Assembly: GCA_046707905.1 (NCBI GenBank)
Contig: JBKKDM010000212.1
Span: 1 to 62,317, forward strand
DNA length: 62,317 nucleotides
Direction of reading: 5' to 3'
DNA from: Candidatus Limnocylindrales bacterium
Lineage (GTDB): Bacteria > Chloroflexota > Limnocylindria > Limnocylindrales > CSP1-4
The notes beneath the pieces were generated by a model. It worked only from the letters and a program-made list of their open reading frames with translations. It did no database searches and was not told where the DNA came from. A program made the translations under genes and the position numbers. Within the stretch, counting starts at the first letter, position 1; each line of letters begins with the position of its first letter. This document shows, piece by piece, positions 1 through 11,434 of this stretch.

Positions 1-156
1 GCCTTGATCTGGTCACCAATACCGGGGGTCGAGAGCGTCAATCGGGATCCTCCACTGCGCTCCGGGGTGGTCGTTCGAGGCCCCCGGAATCCTGCCAAGG
101 ATCGGCAGGACGTGTCAGGCACAGCGCCGTCAGCGTCTGGCGGTTGACGCAAGTCG

Positions 157-168
157 TTGACTGGTCAA
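157..168. promoter_or_regulatory. Palindromic operator-like site upstream of pirin
   Basis: TTGAC-TG-GTCAA inverted repeat 10 bp before the pirin ATG (179); a TTGACG -35-like hexamer lies at 144. Confidence 0.4.
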
Positions 169-178
169 TCATTTGCGC

Positions 179-1236
179 ATGCCCGCAATCACCGTGCCCG
201 ACATCACCGTCCTGCCCCGAATTGCCGAGCCCGATCCGGCCGTCGCCCGGCAGCGACCCGTGCGCTCGATCACCAGCGCTCCCTCGGGCTTCGAGGGCGA
301 GGGCTTCCCGGTGCGGCGCGCCTTTCACGGCGTCGACCTCGCCGAGTTGGACCCGTTCGTGCATCTCGACCAGATGGGCGAGGTCGAGTACGCACCGGGC
401 GAGCCGAAGGGCACGCCATGGCACCCGCATCGGGGTTTCGAGACGGTCACGTACATGATCGACGGCGTGTTCGAGCACAACGACTCGAACGGCGGCGGCG
501 GCACGATCACCAACGGCGACACCCAGTGGATGACCGCCGGTGCCGGGTTCCTGCACATCGAGAAGCCGCCGGCATGGCTCGTCGCGAGCGGCGGGCTGTT
601 CCATGGATTCCAGCTGTGGGTCAATCTGCCCGCGGCGCAGAAGTGGTCGGCGCCCCGCTACCAGGACATCCGCGCCAACCAGGTTGCGCTGGCGACGACG
701 CCCGATGGCGGTGGGCTCGTTCGCGTGATCGCCGGGGAGCTCGCGGGTGCCGGCGGTGTGGCCCTTGCTGGACCCGGCTCGACGTACACGCCGATGACGC
801 TGGTCCACGCGACGCTGAGCCCGGGTGCCCGCCTCTCGCTCCCGTGGCGGTCCGACTACAACGCCCTTGTCTACGTCATGAATGGCGTTGGGACCGCGGG
901 CGCGGCCGCGCCGCTGCGAACCGGAACGTCGCGGGCCGCGGGCGCCGCGGCGGGGTCGGAGCCGCAGCCGATCCGGACCGGGCAGCTGGCCGTCTTCGGG
1001 CCCGGTGCGGCGTTGACGTGTCCGCGCTCGACGCGCGGCAGCAGGAGTCACGATCCCCCAACCTCGACGTCCTCATCCTCGGTGGACGCCCGATCCGGGA
1101 GCCGGTCGCCTGGATGGGCCCCTTCGTGATGAACACCCGCGAGGAGGTCGTGCAGGCGGTCCGCGACTACCAGGCCGGCCGCCTGGGCTCCGTGCCCGCA
1201 ATCCACGGCGCCCCGACCACCCTCCAGGAGGGCTAG
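179..1236 (+). CDS. Pirin family protein, frameshifted near 1018
   Basis: N-part (frame of ORF 173..1129) has DPFVHLDQM, PWHPHRGFETVTY, QWMTAGAG, GFQLWVNLP; the C-terminal pirin motif GRPIREPVAWMGPFVMNT is in the frame of ORF 157..1236. Confidence 0.85.
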
Positions 1237-2903
1237 CGACTCTTCGCGCTCAATTCTCGGAGGCGGCGCATCACGTCGTTGCCACCGCGCCCAAAGTAGT
1301 CGTGCAGCGCCATGTACTCGGCGAACAGGTCGTCGTACACCGCGAGTGCCACGGGCTCGGGGTGGAAGGTCCTGGCATGCGGCCGGACCATCGCGGCGGC
1401 GGCATCGCCGATCGTCTCGTAGCCGCCGGACGCCGCCCCAGCGGCGACTGCGCCGTACATCGCCGCGCCGAGCGCGGGCGCCTGCGCCGATGCGGCCACG
1501 TGGAAGTCGCGGCCGGTGATGTCCGCCGACAGCTGCATGAGGAGCGAGTTGCGCTCCGGCAGGCCTCCGCACGCCACGACGCGGTCGACCGCGACCCCGG
1601 CTGCCGAGAGCGACTCGACGATCGCGCGCGTCCCGAAGGCCGTCGCCTCCAGGAGCGCGCGGTAGATGTCATGCGGCCGGGTCGCCAACGTGGCGCCGAC
1701 GAGCAGCCCGCTGAGCTCGACGTCGACGAGGATGGATCGATTGCCATTCCACCAGTCGAGGGCGAGGAGCCCTGACTCGCCGGGCCGAAGCGCCGCCGCC
1801 GCGCGCTCGAGGACGACGTGCACGCTTCTGCCTTCCCGCCTCGCCTGCTCATGGACCTCCGGCGGCAACAGCTGCCGGGCCTGCCACGCGAAGATGTCGC
1901 CGACGGCCGACTGCCCGGCCTCGTAGCCGAAGTAGCCGGGGATGATCCCGTCCTCGACGACGCCGCACATCCCCTCCGCGTAGGCAAGTCGCGTGTCCAG
2001 CACCATGTGGCACGTGCTCGTGCCCATGACCGCGACCATCGTGCCCGGGCTGGTCACGCCGACCGCCGGCACGGAGACGTGGGCGTCCACGTTCGCGATC
2101 GCCACCGGCGTTCCTGGCCGCAGGCCGGTCCAGCCCGCGGCCGCTGAGCTGAGGCCGCCGGCCCGCTCGCCGATCGGCCGGACATCGCGGGACATCTTCG
2201 CGTCAATGACCGATGCCAGCTCGGGGTGGAGCGCTCCGAAGTACTCGGGGCCGGGGAAGCCATCCGCCTTCGACCACAGGGCCTTGTAGCCGGCGGTGCA
2301 GGAGTTGCGCGTCTCCTGGCCGGTGAGCTGCCAGACGATCCAGTCGGTGGCCTCGATCAGCCGGTCGGCGGCGCGATAGACGGACGGCGCCTCGTCGAGG
2401 ATCTGGAGGCTCTTGGAGAAGAACCACTCCGACGAGATTCGGCCGCCGTAGCGAGGCAGCCATGATTCGCCGATCGCCGCCGCCGTCGCGTTGATCCGAT
2501 CGGCCTCGGGCTGGGCCGCGTGGTGCTTCCAGAGCTTCACCCAGGCGTGGGGCTCGCGGCGGAGCTCCGGCAGCCGGCACAGCGGTGTTCCGTCGGCCGT
2601 GGTGGGCAGCATCGTGCACGACGTGAAGTCGATGCCGATTCCGACGACGTCGACCGCGTCGACCCCACTTTCGGAGAGCAGTCGCGGCACCGTCGATTGG
2701 ATGGTCGCCACGTAGTCCTCTGGATCCTGGAGGGCCCAGTCCGGCTCGAGGACGATGTCGTCGTCCGGCGCCGGCAACCGGACGTCGATGACGCCGTTGG
2801 CGTACTCGTGGATCGCCGTCGCGATCTCCCGGCCGGTCCTGACCTCGACCAGCACCGCTCGGCCCGATTCCGTCCCGAAGTCGATCCCGACGGCGTACTT
2901 CAT
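1233..2903 (-). CDS. araB: L-ribulokinase
   Basis: MKYAVGIDFGTESGRA, GIDFTSCT, KLWKHHAAQ, DWWNGNRS motifs; ATG overlaps the araD stop. Confidence 0.93.
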   Translation of the reverse strand: MKYAVGIDFGTESGRAVLVEVRTGREIATAIHEYANGVIDVRLPAPDDDIVLEPDWALQDPEDYVATIQSTVPRLLSESGVDAVDVVGIGIDFTSCTMLPTTADGTPLCRLPELRREPHAWVKLWKHHAAQPEADRINATAAAIGESWLPRYGGRISSEWFFSKSLQILDEAPSVYRAADRLIEATDWIVWQLTGQETRNSCTAGYKALWSKADGFPGPEYFGALHPELASVIDAKMSRDVRPIGERAGGLSSAAAGWTGLRPGTPVAIANVDAHVSVPAVGVTSPGTMVAVMGTSTCHMVLDTRLAYAEGMCGVVEDGIIPGYFGYEAGQSAVGDIFAWQARQLLPPEVHEQARREGRSVHVVLERAAAALRPGESGLLALDWWNGNRSILVDVELSGLLVGATLATRPHDIYRALLEATAFGTRAIVESLSAAGVAVDRVVACGGLPERNSLLMQLSADITGRDFHVAASAQAPALGAAMYGAVAAGAASGGYETIGDAAAAMVRPHARTFHPEPVALAVYDDLFAEYMALHDYFGRGGNDVMRRLRELSAKSR

Positions 2904-3625
2904 CGCTTGCCGCTCGGCCACCCGGGCTGCCCGTAGTAAGCGGCAGCGCCGTGCTTCCGGTCGAAATGCCGTCGGAGGAGCTCGTCCGGGATCACCGACG
3001 TCGACGGGTCGATGACGAGCGTCCGGAACGCCACGGTCGCGATTTCCTCGAGGAGGATCGCGTTCTCGACCGCCGCGGCAGGTGCGTTGGCCCACGCGAA
3101 CGGGCCGTGCGATCGCACGAGGACGCCCGGCGAGTCCGTCGCCGTGCGTCCGGCCACCTGTAGCGTCTCCACGATCACCGCCCCGGTCTCCCATTCGTAC
3201 TCGCCGTCGACCTCGGCAGGCGTGAGCTCGCGGCTCACCGGGACAGGGCCGCGGAAGGTGTCCGCGTGCGTCGTCCCGAGCGCCGGGATCGGATGACCCG
3301 CCTGCGCCCACGCCGCGGCCGACGTCGAATGGGTGTGCACGACGCCGCCGACCTCCGGGAAGTCCCGATACAGGTGCCGGTGGGTTGGCGTGTCCGACGA
3401 CGGCCGGAGGCCGTTTGGGTCGACGACCCGGCCGTCATCGAGCGCGACCAGGACGATATCGGCTGGCCTGACATCCCCACAGCGCATGCCGCTTGGCTTG
3501 ATCGCGAGGATGCCGGCATCGCGGTCGACGCCGGAAACGTTGCCGAACGACAGCACCACGAGGCCCGCGCGCGCGACGGCCACGTTCGCTTCGGCGACCA
3601 GCTCGCGGAGGTCGTCCACGCTCAT
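2900..3625 (-). CDS. araD: L-ribulose-5-phosphate 4-epimerase
   Basis: GNVS, IKPSG, PSSDTPTH, VVHTHS, HGPF and RKHG..AYYGQ class II aldolase/epimerase motifs. Confidence 0.92.
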   Translation of the reverse strand: MSVDDLRELVAEANVAVARAGLVVLSFGNVSGVDRDAGILAIKPSGMRCGDVRPADIVLVALDDGRVVDPNGLRPSSDTPTHRHLYRDFPEVGGVVHTHSTSAAAWAQAGHPIPALGTTHADTFRGPVPVSRELTPAEVDGEYEWETGAVIVETLQVAGRTATDSPGVLVRSHGPFAWANAPAAAVENAILLEEIATVAFRTLVIDPSTSVIPDELLRRHFDRKHGAAAYYGQPGWPSGKR

Positions 3626-5526
3626 GAGCCGACCTCCGGGATCCAGACGCGCATCCCGCCCACGACCCGGTTGGCCCACAGGTGATAGGGGATCGCTGGG
3701 AGGTCGAGCGGGCGGCCGTCCGCCGTGGACGCCGCGACAGACAGCCCGACGGTGTCGCCGCGGAGGTCATCACGGGCCTTCGGCGTCGCCGTGGCGTCGC
3801 GCGCGATCCGGACATCCTCGAGCTCCACGTCCGTAGTTAGGTCGGCGGTCTCGACCGCGTACACGATCGGACCCCGCTCGATGGCTAGGCAGCCGCGGAC
3901 GGCGTCGACGCGCGGATCCGGCGTGGTCAGCCGGACCGGCATCTCGAGCGCCAGGGTCACCATGTCGTTCGGCCGCCAGTCGCGCCGGACGGCGATGGAC
4001 CCGGCGCCCGTCGTCGCATCGGCGAGCAGCCGCCCGCGGGCGTCGCGCAGGACCGCGGCCTTGCACCAGCCCGGAACGCGCAGCGACAGCTCCCACGGCT
4101 CGTCAGGCGTCCCCACGACGGTCACCTCAACGCCGCCGGACCACGGGTAGCGCGTCGCGACCCGCAGGTGGACGTCACCGGCCACGATGTCCGCGCTCGC
4201 GTACTGGTGGACTTGGATTCCGCGATCGTCCCCTGTCGCGAGCAGTTGGGACCACGAGCCGATGAAGCGCATCAGGTTCGGCGGGCAGCAGGCGCACGCG
4301 TACCACGGCGCGCGCGCGCCCGGTGACCGCTCGTCCGGCCCCGCTTCGGCCCAGGAGCGGTGCGTCCGGCGCTGCAACGGGTTGACGTAGAAGAACGCCC
4401 TCCCATCCAGCGACAGCGACGCGAGCACGCCGTTGTAGGCCGTTCGCTCGATGAGATCGGCGCACGCTGGATCGCCTGTCGCCAGCAGGAGGCGCCACGC
4501 CAGCATCACTGACGCGATGGCGGCGCACGTCTCGGCGTAGGCCCGGTCGGGTGGCAGCTCGTACGGGTCACCGAAGGCCTCGTCCTTGTGCCGGCTCCCG
4601 ACGGCCCCGGTCAGGTATGTCCGCGTCGCGACCATGTCCCGCCACCGGCCGTGCACGACTTCGAGCAGTGCCGTGTCGCCCAGCTCCACAGCGGCGTCGA
4701 CCGCCCCACAGTCGAGGTACAGCTGACGCACCGCGTGACCCGCGACCTCGGGCGCTCCGCGCACCGGCAGATGATCCTGCCAGTACGCCCGGCCGTACCG
4801 GCCCGCGCCGAGCGTGCCGGAGCCGCGCCGGTCGATGAAGGTTTGAGCCAGGTCGAGGTGACGTCGGTTTCCTGTGACCCGGTACAGCTCCACGAGGGCC
4901 ATCTCGATCTGCGGGTGGCCGTCGATCGCCTCGCGCCCGCCGTGGCCCAGCTCGGCCTCGACCGAGGCGATGGCGCGTTCCGCGACCGCGAGGAGCCGGC
5001 CGTCCCCGACCGCACGCTGCCAGGCGATCGCCGCCTGCACCAGGTGGCCGATGCAGTAGAGCTCGTGACCCCACGCAAGGTCAGCGTATTCCGTGCCGGG
5101 AGCGAGAACCTGCACGAACGTATTGAGGTAGCCGTCCGGCCGCTGGGCCGCTGCGACCAGCCCGATTGCCTCGTCGGCCATCGCGGCGAGCTGCCGATCA
5201 CCTGTGCGCCCGATCTCCCAGGCGACGCCCTCGAGCCACTTGTAGACGTCCGAGTCCAGGAACGGAAAGGGCTTGTCGAACATGATCCCGAGCGCGCGAT
5301 AGCCCTCTCGCGCGGCGGACGCCGCCAGCGAGAAGTTGTGGAGCGTGCCGGCCGCCTTGAGCTGCTCGTGGCCGGCCGGGATGGTCTGCGCGCCGTTCAT
5401 CGCCACGCGATCCGCCCAGAAGCCGGCGGCGAGCGTGACCTGCGTGGCGCTCAGCGGCCGCAGCTTTCCGATGGCGTCGTCGGTCGGCACGACCGCGGCG
5501 ACGACCGCGGCCCTGGGATCCAGCAT
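3622..5526 (-). CDS. GH127 beta-L-arabinofuranosidase (HypBA1-like)
   Basis: DSDVYKWLEG, HELYCIGH, GHAVRQLY, YAETCAAI, CACCPPN motifs. Confidence 0.9.
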   Translation of the reverse strand: MLDPRAAVVAAVVPTDDAIGKLRPLSATQVTLAAGFWADRVAMNGAQTIPAGHEQLKAAGTLHNFSLAASAAREGYRALGIMFDKPFPFLDSDVYKWLEGVAWEIGRTGDRQLAAMADEAIGLVAAAQRPDGYLNTFVQVLAPGTEYADLAWGHELYCIGHLVQAAIAWQRAVGDGRLLAVAERAIASVEAELGHGGREAIDGHPQIEMALVELYRVTGNRRHLDLAQTFIDRRGSGTLGAGRYGRAYWQDHLPVRGAPEVAGHAVRQLYLDCGAVDAAVELGDTALLEVVHGRWRDMVATRTYLTGAVGSRHKDEAFGDPYELPPDRAYAETCAAIASVMLAWRLLLATGDPACADLIERTAYNGVLASLSLDGRAFFYVNPLQRRTHRSWAEAGPDERSPGARAPWYACACCPPNLMRFIGSWSQLLATGDDRGIQVHQYASADIVAGDVHLRVATRYPWSGGVEVTVVGTPDEPWELSLRVPGWCKAAVLRDARGRLLADATTGAGSIAVRRDWRPNDMVTLALEMPVRLTTPDPRVDAVRGCLAIERGPIVYAVETADLTTDVELEDVRIARDATATPKARDDLRGDTVGLSVAASTADGRPLDLPAIPYHLWANRVVGGMRVWIPEVGS

Positions 5527-5528
5527 CC

Positions 5529-7073
5529 CTAGGGGCCGCGGTTCAGGAAGTAGTAGGCCTGGTTCCAGCGCAACTCGCGCTTGAACGCGGCCGGCGTCGT
5601 CGCACCATCGATGCTGACGAGCTCGACGTCGGCGATGTCCGCGAAGTCGGTGATGACCTCCGCGTCAAGGCTCGTGGTCAGCGCCGTGTGATGCGGTCCG
5701 CCGGCCATGAGCCAGGCCTCCGCCGCCGTGGCGAGGCTCGGTCGGGGCCGCCAGACGGCGCGTGCGACGGGCAGGTTCGGGAGTGGCGCGTCGGCCACCA
5801 CGACGTCCACCTCGCTCGCGATCATCCGAAACCGGTCGCCGAGGTCGGCGAGCCCGACGATCATCCCGGGACCGGGTGACGCTTCGAACACGAGCCGCAC
5901 GGGATCGGAGCGACCCCCGATCGACAGCGGGTGGATCTCGCACGACGGCCGCTCCGCAGTGAGTGAGGGGCAGACCTCCAGCATGTGGGCGCCGAGGACC
6001 TCGGGGACGGGATCGCCCAGGTGGTATGTGTAATCCTCCATGAACGAGGTCCCGCCGGGCAGGCCGGCGCCCATGAACTTCAGGATCCGGACCAGCGCGG
6101 CTGCCTTCCAGTCGCCCTCGGCGCCGAAGCCGTAGCCCTCCGCCATCAGCCGCTGGACCCCAATCCCCGGCAGTTGCTCCAGGGCGCCGAGGTCCTCGAA
6201 CGTGTCGGTGAACGCGCCGAACCCACCGTCCTCGAGGAAGCCCCGAAGCGCGGCCTCGATTCGCGCTGCTGCTCGCAGCTCCGCGTGCCGTTCGCCGCCG
6301 ACCCGAAGCGCCGGCCCGACGTCGTAGCTGTCGTCATAGTCGGTCACGAGGCTGTCCACGTCGGCATCGCGCACCGCCGCGACGCGGTCCGCGAGCTCCG
6401 CGATGCCGTAGCCGTTGACCGAGAAGCCGAGCCGCGCCTGTGCTTCGACCTTGTCACCCTCGGTCACGGCGACCTGGCGCATGTTGTCGCCGAAGCGCGC
6501 CACCTTGAGCCGGTGCGCCTCGAGCCACCCCGCGGCGGCGCGGGACCAGGCCCCGATCCGCGCCCCGACCACCGGGTCGCCCCAGTGCCCCACCACGGTC
6601 TTGCGGCCCCGGCGGAGGCGCGTCTGGATGAACGCGAACTCGCGGTCTCCGTGGGCCGCTTGGTTCAGGTTCATGAAGTCCATGTCGATGTCCGACCAAG
6701 GGAGGTCGCGGTTGTACTGGGTGTGGAGGTGCAGGAGCGGCTTGCGCAGCTCGGTGACGCCCCGGATCCACATTTTGGCCGGCGAGAAGGTGTGCATCCA
6801 CGCGATGACGCCCGCGCAGCGCGGGTCGGTTTCGGCCTCGCGCAGCACGGCGGCGATCGCCTCGGGTGTCGTGACGACGGGCTTGGCAACGATTCGCACG
6901 GGGATGGTGTCGGCCTCGTCGAGCGCCCGGGCGATCTGTCGAGCGTTCTCGTCGACCTGCCGGAGGACGTCCTCGCCATACAGGTGCTGACTGCCGGTCA
7001 CGAACCAGGCCTCGAGATCGGAGATGGCGCCGCTCATCGCCGAGCCGACGCCGGCCGTCGGGTGCACTGCCAT
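5529..7073 (-). CDS. araA: L-arabinose isomerase (alternative start 7037)
   Basis: [48 protein letters not shown]. Confidence 0.95.
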   Translation of the reverse strand: MAVHPTAGVGSAMSGAISDLEAWFVTGSQHLYGEDVLRQVDENARQIARALDEADTIPVRIVAKPVVTTPEAIAAVLREAETDPRCAGVIAWMHTFSPAKMWIRGVTELRKPLLHLHTQYNRDLPWSDIDMDFMNLNQAAHGDREFAFIQTRLRRGRKTVVGHWGDPVVGARIGAWSRAAAGWLEAHRLKVARFGDNMRQVAVTEGDKVEAQARLGFSVNGYGIAELADRVAAVRDADVDSLVTDYDDSYDVGPALRVGGERHAELRAAARIEAALRGFLEDGGFGAFTDTFEDLGALEQLPGIGVQRLMAEGYGFGAEGDWKAAALVRILKFMGAGLPGGTSFMEDYTYHLGDPVPEVLGAHMLEVCPSLTAERPSCEIHPLSIGGRSDPVRLVFEASPGPGMIVGLADLGDRFRMIASEVDVVVADAPLPNLPVARAVWRPRPSLATAAEAWLMAGGPHHTALTTSLDAEVITDFADIADVELVSIDGATTPAAFKRELRWNQAYYFLNRGP

Positions 7074-7074
7074 G

Positions 7075-7899
7075 TCAGCCCTTCACCGCGCCGGACATGA
7101 AGCCTCGCATGTAGTACCGCTGCAGGAGTATGAACAGGATGATGCAGGGGAGCGTCATGACGACCACCCCCGCCTCCGTGGCCCCATAGTCGATCACACC
7201 CATCGTCTGCTGCCGCAGGACGGCGATCGCCAGCGGCAACGGTGACAGGCTCGGGTCGCTGATGAGGATCAACGGCGCAAAGAAGTCGTTCCAGGCCGCG
7301 AGGAACGCGAAAAGCCCCACGGTGATCAGGCCGGGCAGCACGGCCGGAAGCAGGATCCTCCGCAGCACCTGGAACGTGCCCGCGCCGTCGACGAGCGCCG
7401 ATTCCTCCAGCTCGCGAGGCACGGCCTCGAACGAGATCCGCATCATGAAAGTCGCGAACGGCAGCTGGTACATCGCCAGGACCAGGCTGAGGCCGACCAG
7501 CGTGTTGTCGAGGTTCAGCTGGCGGAGCAGCACGAACAACGGGATGAGCAGCGTCGCGGACGGGACCATCAGGATGGCGAGCGTGACCAGGAAGAGCAGG
7601 TTCTTGCCCGGGAACTGGAAGCGGGCGAAGGCGTACCCGCCAAGGATCGAGACGGACAGGGTGAACAGGACCGTCAGCGACGCGATGACGAGGCTGTTCC
7701 AGAAGTAGGTCGGCAGGCCCTCCTGGAACTCGAACAGCCGCTCGTAGTTGCCGAGGCCGTAACCCATGGCCTGCGCGGAGCCAGCCTGCGCGCTGAACGA
7801 CGCGATCGTGGCCCAACCGAGCGGGAACAGGAAGATGATCACGAGTCCGCCCGTCAGCACGTAGTAGGGCGTGCGCGCGAACACCGAGCTGTGCCTCAT
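7075..7899 (-). CDS. Carbohydrate ABC transporter permease (MalG-like)
   Basis: Multiple TM helices; EAA loop [12 protein letters not shown]. Confidence 0.92.
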   Translation of the reverse strand: MRHSSVFARTPYYVLTGGLVIIFLFPLGWATIASFSAQAGSAQAMGYGLGNYERLFEFQEGLPTYFWNSLVIASLTVLFTLSVSILGGYAFARFQFPGKNLLFLVTLAILMVPSATLLIPLFVLLRQLNLDNTLVGLSLVLAMYQLPFATFMMRISFEAVPRELEESALVDGAGTFQVLRRILLPAVLPGLITVGLFAFLAAWNDFFAPLILISDPSLSPLPLAIAVLRQQTMGVIDYGATEAGVVVMTLPCIILFILLQRYYMRGFMSGAVKG

Positions 7900-7906
7900 C
7901 GGACGC

Positions 7907-8839
7907 TCACGCTGCCGCCGTCCCGCGTCGAAGCAGCCGGAACCAGAAGAGGTTGACGAGCATCAGCCCGCCCAGCAGGACGAGCGAGATGGCGGCCGCG
8001 GTGCCGAGATTCTGGCGCACGAAGGCTTGCTGGTAGATCAGCTGCACGATCGTCACGGTGGAGTTGTCCGGCCCGCCCTTGGTCAGGAGATAGAAGTGGT
8101 CGAAGGCCAGGAGTGACCCGGTGACGCACAGGATCAGCGCGAGGGCGAGCGACGGGCGCAGCAACGGCAGCGTGATGTGCCGGAACGTCTGCATCCGTCC
8201 GGCGCCGTCGATCGAGCCGGCCTCGTAGAGCTCGGTCGGAATCGCCTGCAGGCCGACGAGCAGGATCAGCATGTACAGGCCGACGAACTTCCAGATGATC
8301 ATGAGGACGGTCGAGACGAAGGCGTTCTCGTGGGTCGCGAAGAACAGGATCGGGTCGTCGGCGAGGCCGATGCCCTGGAGGAGCGGGTTCACCGGTCCGA
8401 TGCTGTCGGAGTAGAAGCCCCAAAACAGGAGCGACGCCGCCGCGAGGCCCACTGCTAGCGGGATGAGGAACACGGTGCGGAGTAAGCCGACCCAGCGACT
8501 CGACTCCTGGACTAGCAGTGCGAGCGCAAGTCCGAGGCCGATGAGGACGACGGTCACGATGACCGTGTAGCGGAGGGTGAACTCGACCGCCGGCCAGAAC
8601 AGCGGGTTGTTGTTGAGCGCGCCGTAGTTCTGCGGGAAGTTGATGCCCTTGTCGCCGCCGAGGAGCTTCCAGTCGCTCGCGGACATCTGGCCGACCAGCA
8701 ACAGCGGCCCGATGAAGAACAGGAGCACGAAGATGAGCGTCGGCAGGGCGTAGGCCATGCCGGCGAGACGCCGCCGCCGGCCCCACGCGCTGGTCCGCAG
8801 GCCGAACCCCCGAGCGGCGAGCCGCGACGTCACGCTCAT
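7907..8839 (-). CDS. Carbohydrate ABC transporter permease (MalF-like)
   Basis: TM helices; LQAIPTELYEAGSIDGAG; LTKGGP. Confidence 0.92.
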   Translation of the reverse strand: MSVTSRLAARGFGLRTSAWGRRRRLAGMAYALPTLIFVLLFFIGPLLLVGQMSASDWKLLGGDKGINFPQNYGALNNNPLFWPAVEFTLRYTVIVTVVLIGLGLALALLVQESSRWVGLLRTVFLIPLAVGLAAASLLFWGFYSDSIGPVNPLLQGIGLADDPILFFATHENAFVSTVLMIIWKFVGLYMLILLVGLQAIPTELYEAGSIDGAGRMQTFRHITLPLLRPSLALALILCVTGSLLAFDHFYLLTKGGPDNSTVTIVQLIYQQAFVRQNLGTAAAISLVLLGGLMLVNLFWFRLLRRGTAAA

Positions 8840-8941
8840 GCCTGTGGGTGGTCCTCGCTCAGCCGAGTAGGCGGGCACGGTGCGGGCCAGAGGAGAGCCC
8901 GCACCGTGCGCCGTTCAGGTCGCGGTCGATCGTGGGCCCTG

Positions 8942-10312
8942 CTAGTTGCCCTGCAGGACCGAAGTGATGCTCGCGTTGAGCTCGTCGATCTTCGCGTCGT
9001 CGGCGTCGTCGAAGACGGCCGCACGGAAGAGCTGGATCCACGGGCTCTGCGGGTCGTTGAAGGCGGCGTTGAAGTGCAGCGCGAACGGCGTCTTGCCCAC
9101 GCCGGCGACCTCGTTGAAGAGGACGAGTCGTGGGTCCGCCGAGCTGTACTCGTTGTCGGCGAGGTCAGTCCTGGCAACAACATTTCCGGCCTTCGCCACG
9201 ACCTCCACCTGGTTGTGGTCGCCGAGCATCCAGGTGATGAAGTTCCACGCCTGCTCGACGTTCTTGCTGTCCTTCGACAGCCCGATGCTGTCGCCGCCGA
9301 CAAAGGTCGATTCACCCTTCGTCGTCCCGGCGATCGCCGTGATACCGAGGTTGTCCAACGACATGCCCTCGGTCTCCTGGAGGCTGGCCGGCATCGGCAT
9401 GATGCCCACCTTGCCCGCGGGGAACGGCTGGGTCCACGTCGGGCCTGCTTCCTGGACGGACTCGGGGTTGATCACGCCCTCGTCCCACAGCGCGCCGAAG
9501 GTCCGGTAGATCTCCTTGGCGGTGTCCGTGTTGAGCGTCGCCTCGGTGCCTTCGGCGTTCATAACGTCGCCACCCTCGGCCCAGATGATCGGCCACCAGG
9601 TGAAGACGTTGCAGCCGCCGCAGTTCCCACCGAAGTAGGTCCCGTACGTGCCGTCGATGTCGAGCGCCTGGACGGCGCGCGCGGCAGTCGCGAACTCGGC
9701 GAGCGTCGCGGGCGGATCCTCGGGATCGAGGTTCGCCTGTCGGAAGAGGTCCTTGTTGTACATCCACACCGACAGGTCGATGATGAACGGCAGGCCGTAC
9801 TTCTTGCCCTCCCACGACGAGGCAACGATGTGCGCTTGGCCGACGTTGTCGATCCCGGTCAGGCCGTCGATGCGATCGGTGATGTCGAGGAACAGGCCCT
9901 GTGACGTCCAGTTCGGCATGAACACGACGTCGGCCGAGAAGAGGTCGGGCAGCTCGTTGGCGGTGGCCGCGTTGCCCACGACCCCGACGTACTCGTCGGT
10001 CGGGACGAGGCGCAGCTCGATCTTGTTCTGGTGGCTTGCGTTGTAGGCATCGACCTGCGACTGGACGCGGGTCTCCGTCGCAGCGCGGCTCCACATCGTG
10101 ATGGTCGTGCCGTCGTCGACACCCTGCTCGGGGATGGCGCCCGCCGATGTCGCCTGCGGGCTTGCGGCGCCGCTGGCGCCCGGTGTCGCCGCAGTCGACG
10201 GCGCGCCCGTCGTCGCTCCGGACGTCGCACCGGGCGACGCCCCGGGCGAGCATGCCGCGACGAGCAGGACCCCAGTGATCGCGTAGGCAGGCAACCTGAG
10301 CCGGTTCAACAT
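8942..10312 (-). CDS. Sugar ABC transporter substrate-binding lipoprotein
   Basis: Lipobox LVAAC, Ala/Thr linker, family-1 SBP motifs (LPDLF, YNKDLFRQA). Confidence 0.9.
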   Translation of the reverse strand: MLNRLRLPAYAITGVLLVAACSPGASPGATSGATTGAPSTAATPGASGAASPQATSAGAIPEQGVDDGTTITMWSRAATETRVQSQVDAYNASHQNKIELRLVPTDEYVGVVGNAATANELPDLFSADVVFMPNWTSQGLFLDITDRIDGLTGIDNVGQAHIVASSWEGKKYGLPFIIDLSVWMYNKDLFRQANLDPEDPPATLAEFATAARAVQALDIDGTYGTYFGGNCGGCNVFTWWPIIWAEGGDVMNAEGTEATLNTDTAKEIYRTFGALWDEGVINPESVQEAGPTWTQPFPAGKVGIMPMPASLQETEGMSLDNLGITAIAGTTKGESTFVGGDSIGLSKDSKNVEQAWNFITWMLGDHNQVEVVAKAGNVVARTDLADNEYSSADPRLVLFNEVAGVGKTPFALHFNAAFNDPQSPWIQLFRAAVFDDADDAKIDELNASITSVLQGN

Positions 10313-10392
10313 CCGCGCTCCTCCTCATGACGGACGGTCCGGGCGCAGCTTCCGTAGACGGGTTGGCTGCCCGGCGCGTCGGCTAGACTAGC

Positions 10393-10425
10393 GCACGCAA
10401 TCGAGTGTGTGCAATCGTTTGCGCA
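10393..10425. promoter_or_regulatory. Two overlapping LacI-type operators between the divergent ABC operon and LLM gene
   Basis: GCACGCAATCGAGTGTGTGC (10393-10412) and TGTGCAATCGTTTGCGCA (10408-10425): imperfect palindromes with central CG, typical of LacI/GalR sites. Confidence 0.65.
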
Positions 10426-10473
10426 AACTTCGTAGGGTGTTGGAACGGTCCAGACATACAGGAGAACGTCCAG

Positions 10474-11424
10474 ATGGGCGATGTGAGGCTCGGTGTCAAC
10501 TTGTGGAGCCAGGCCAGCGACTGGCCGGCGTTCCTCGCCGCTGGGCGCCGCGCGGAGGAGCTTGGCTATGACCACCTCTGGACGTGGGACCACATCTACG
10601 CGATCTTCGGCGACCGCTACCAGCCGATCTTCGAGGGGTACGCGGCGCTGGCGGCACTCGCCCAGGCGACGGAGCGGATCCGGCTGGGCCTGTTCGTCGG
10701 CGCGAACACCTTTCGCAATCCGGGCCTCGTGGCGAAGGCCGTCGTCACCATCGACCACATCAGCAACGGTCGCGCGATCCTCGGCATCGGCGGCGCCTGG
10801 TTTGAGGACGAGCACACCGCCTTCGGCATCGACTTCGGGACCGGCTTCGGCCAGCGGCTCGACTGGCTCGCCGAGGCCACGGCGGCCATCCGGACCCTGA
10901 TCGACGGCGGCGAGGTCACCAGCCCGCCCAGCGGCCGCTACGAGTTCGATCGGCTGCGGATCAACCCGCTCCCACTCCAGGCCCGGCTCCCGATCATGAT
11001 CGGCGGTGCCGGCGAAAAGAAGACGCTGCGGATCGTCGCCCAGCACGCCGACATCTGGAACGTCTTCGGGACGCCTGAGACCGTGGCGCACAAGGACACG
11101 ATCCTGCGGGAGCACTGCGCAGCTGTTGGCCGAGATTCCGCGGAGATCGAACGGACGCTGGGCTGCAAGCCAACGATCAGGCGCTCCGAGGCCGAGGCAA
11201 AGCGCGTCTATCTTGGGCTGCTGGAGGCGAACAAGACTCCGGTCTCGCGGATGGACGGCGACGTTTCCGTCTGGACCGGCACGCCCGAGCAGATTGCGGA
11301 GACGATTCGCGGCTACCGGGCAGTCGGATTCGACACCTTCGTGGCCGAGCTGGCGGCGCCATACGACCTCGAGACCATGGAGCTCCTGATCAACGAGGTG
11401 AAGCCCATGGTCGAGGCCGGCTGA
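10474..11424 (+). CDS. LLM-class (luciferase-like), probably F420-dependent oxidoreductase
   Basis: GYDHLWTWDH, FRNPGLVAKAVVTIDHISNGRAILGIG, IMIGGAGEKKTLRIVAQHADIWN. Confidence 0.88.
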   Translation: MGDVRLGVNLWSQASDWPAFLAAGRRAEELGYDHLWTWDHIYAIFGDRYQPIFEGYAALAALAQATERIRLGLFVGANTFRNPGLVAKAVVTIDHISNGRAILGIGGAWFEDEHTAFGIDFGTGFGQRLDWLAEATAAIRTLIDGGEVTSPPSGRYEFDRLRINPLPLQARLPIMIGGAGEKKTLRIVAQHADIWNVFGTPETVAHKDTILREHCAAVGRDSAEIERTLGCKPTIRRSEAEAKRVYLGLLEANKTPVSRMDGDVSVWTGTPEQIAETIRGYRAVGFDTFVAELAAPYDLETMELLINEVKPMVEAG

Positions 11425-11434
11425 CCGGGACGAC

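Noticed and set aside
1010-1025. Programmed ribosomal frameshift in pirin
   Set aside because: No slippery heptamer; the similar indels elsewhere point to sequence error
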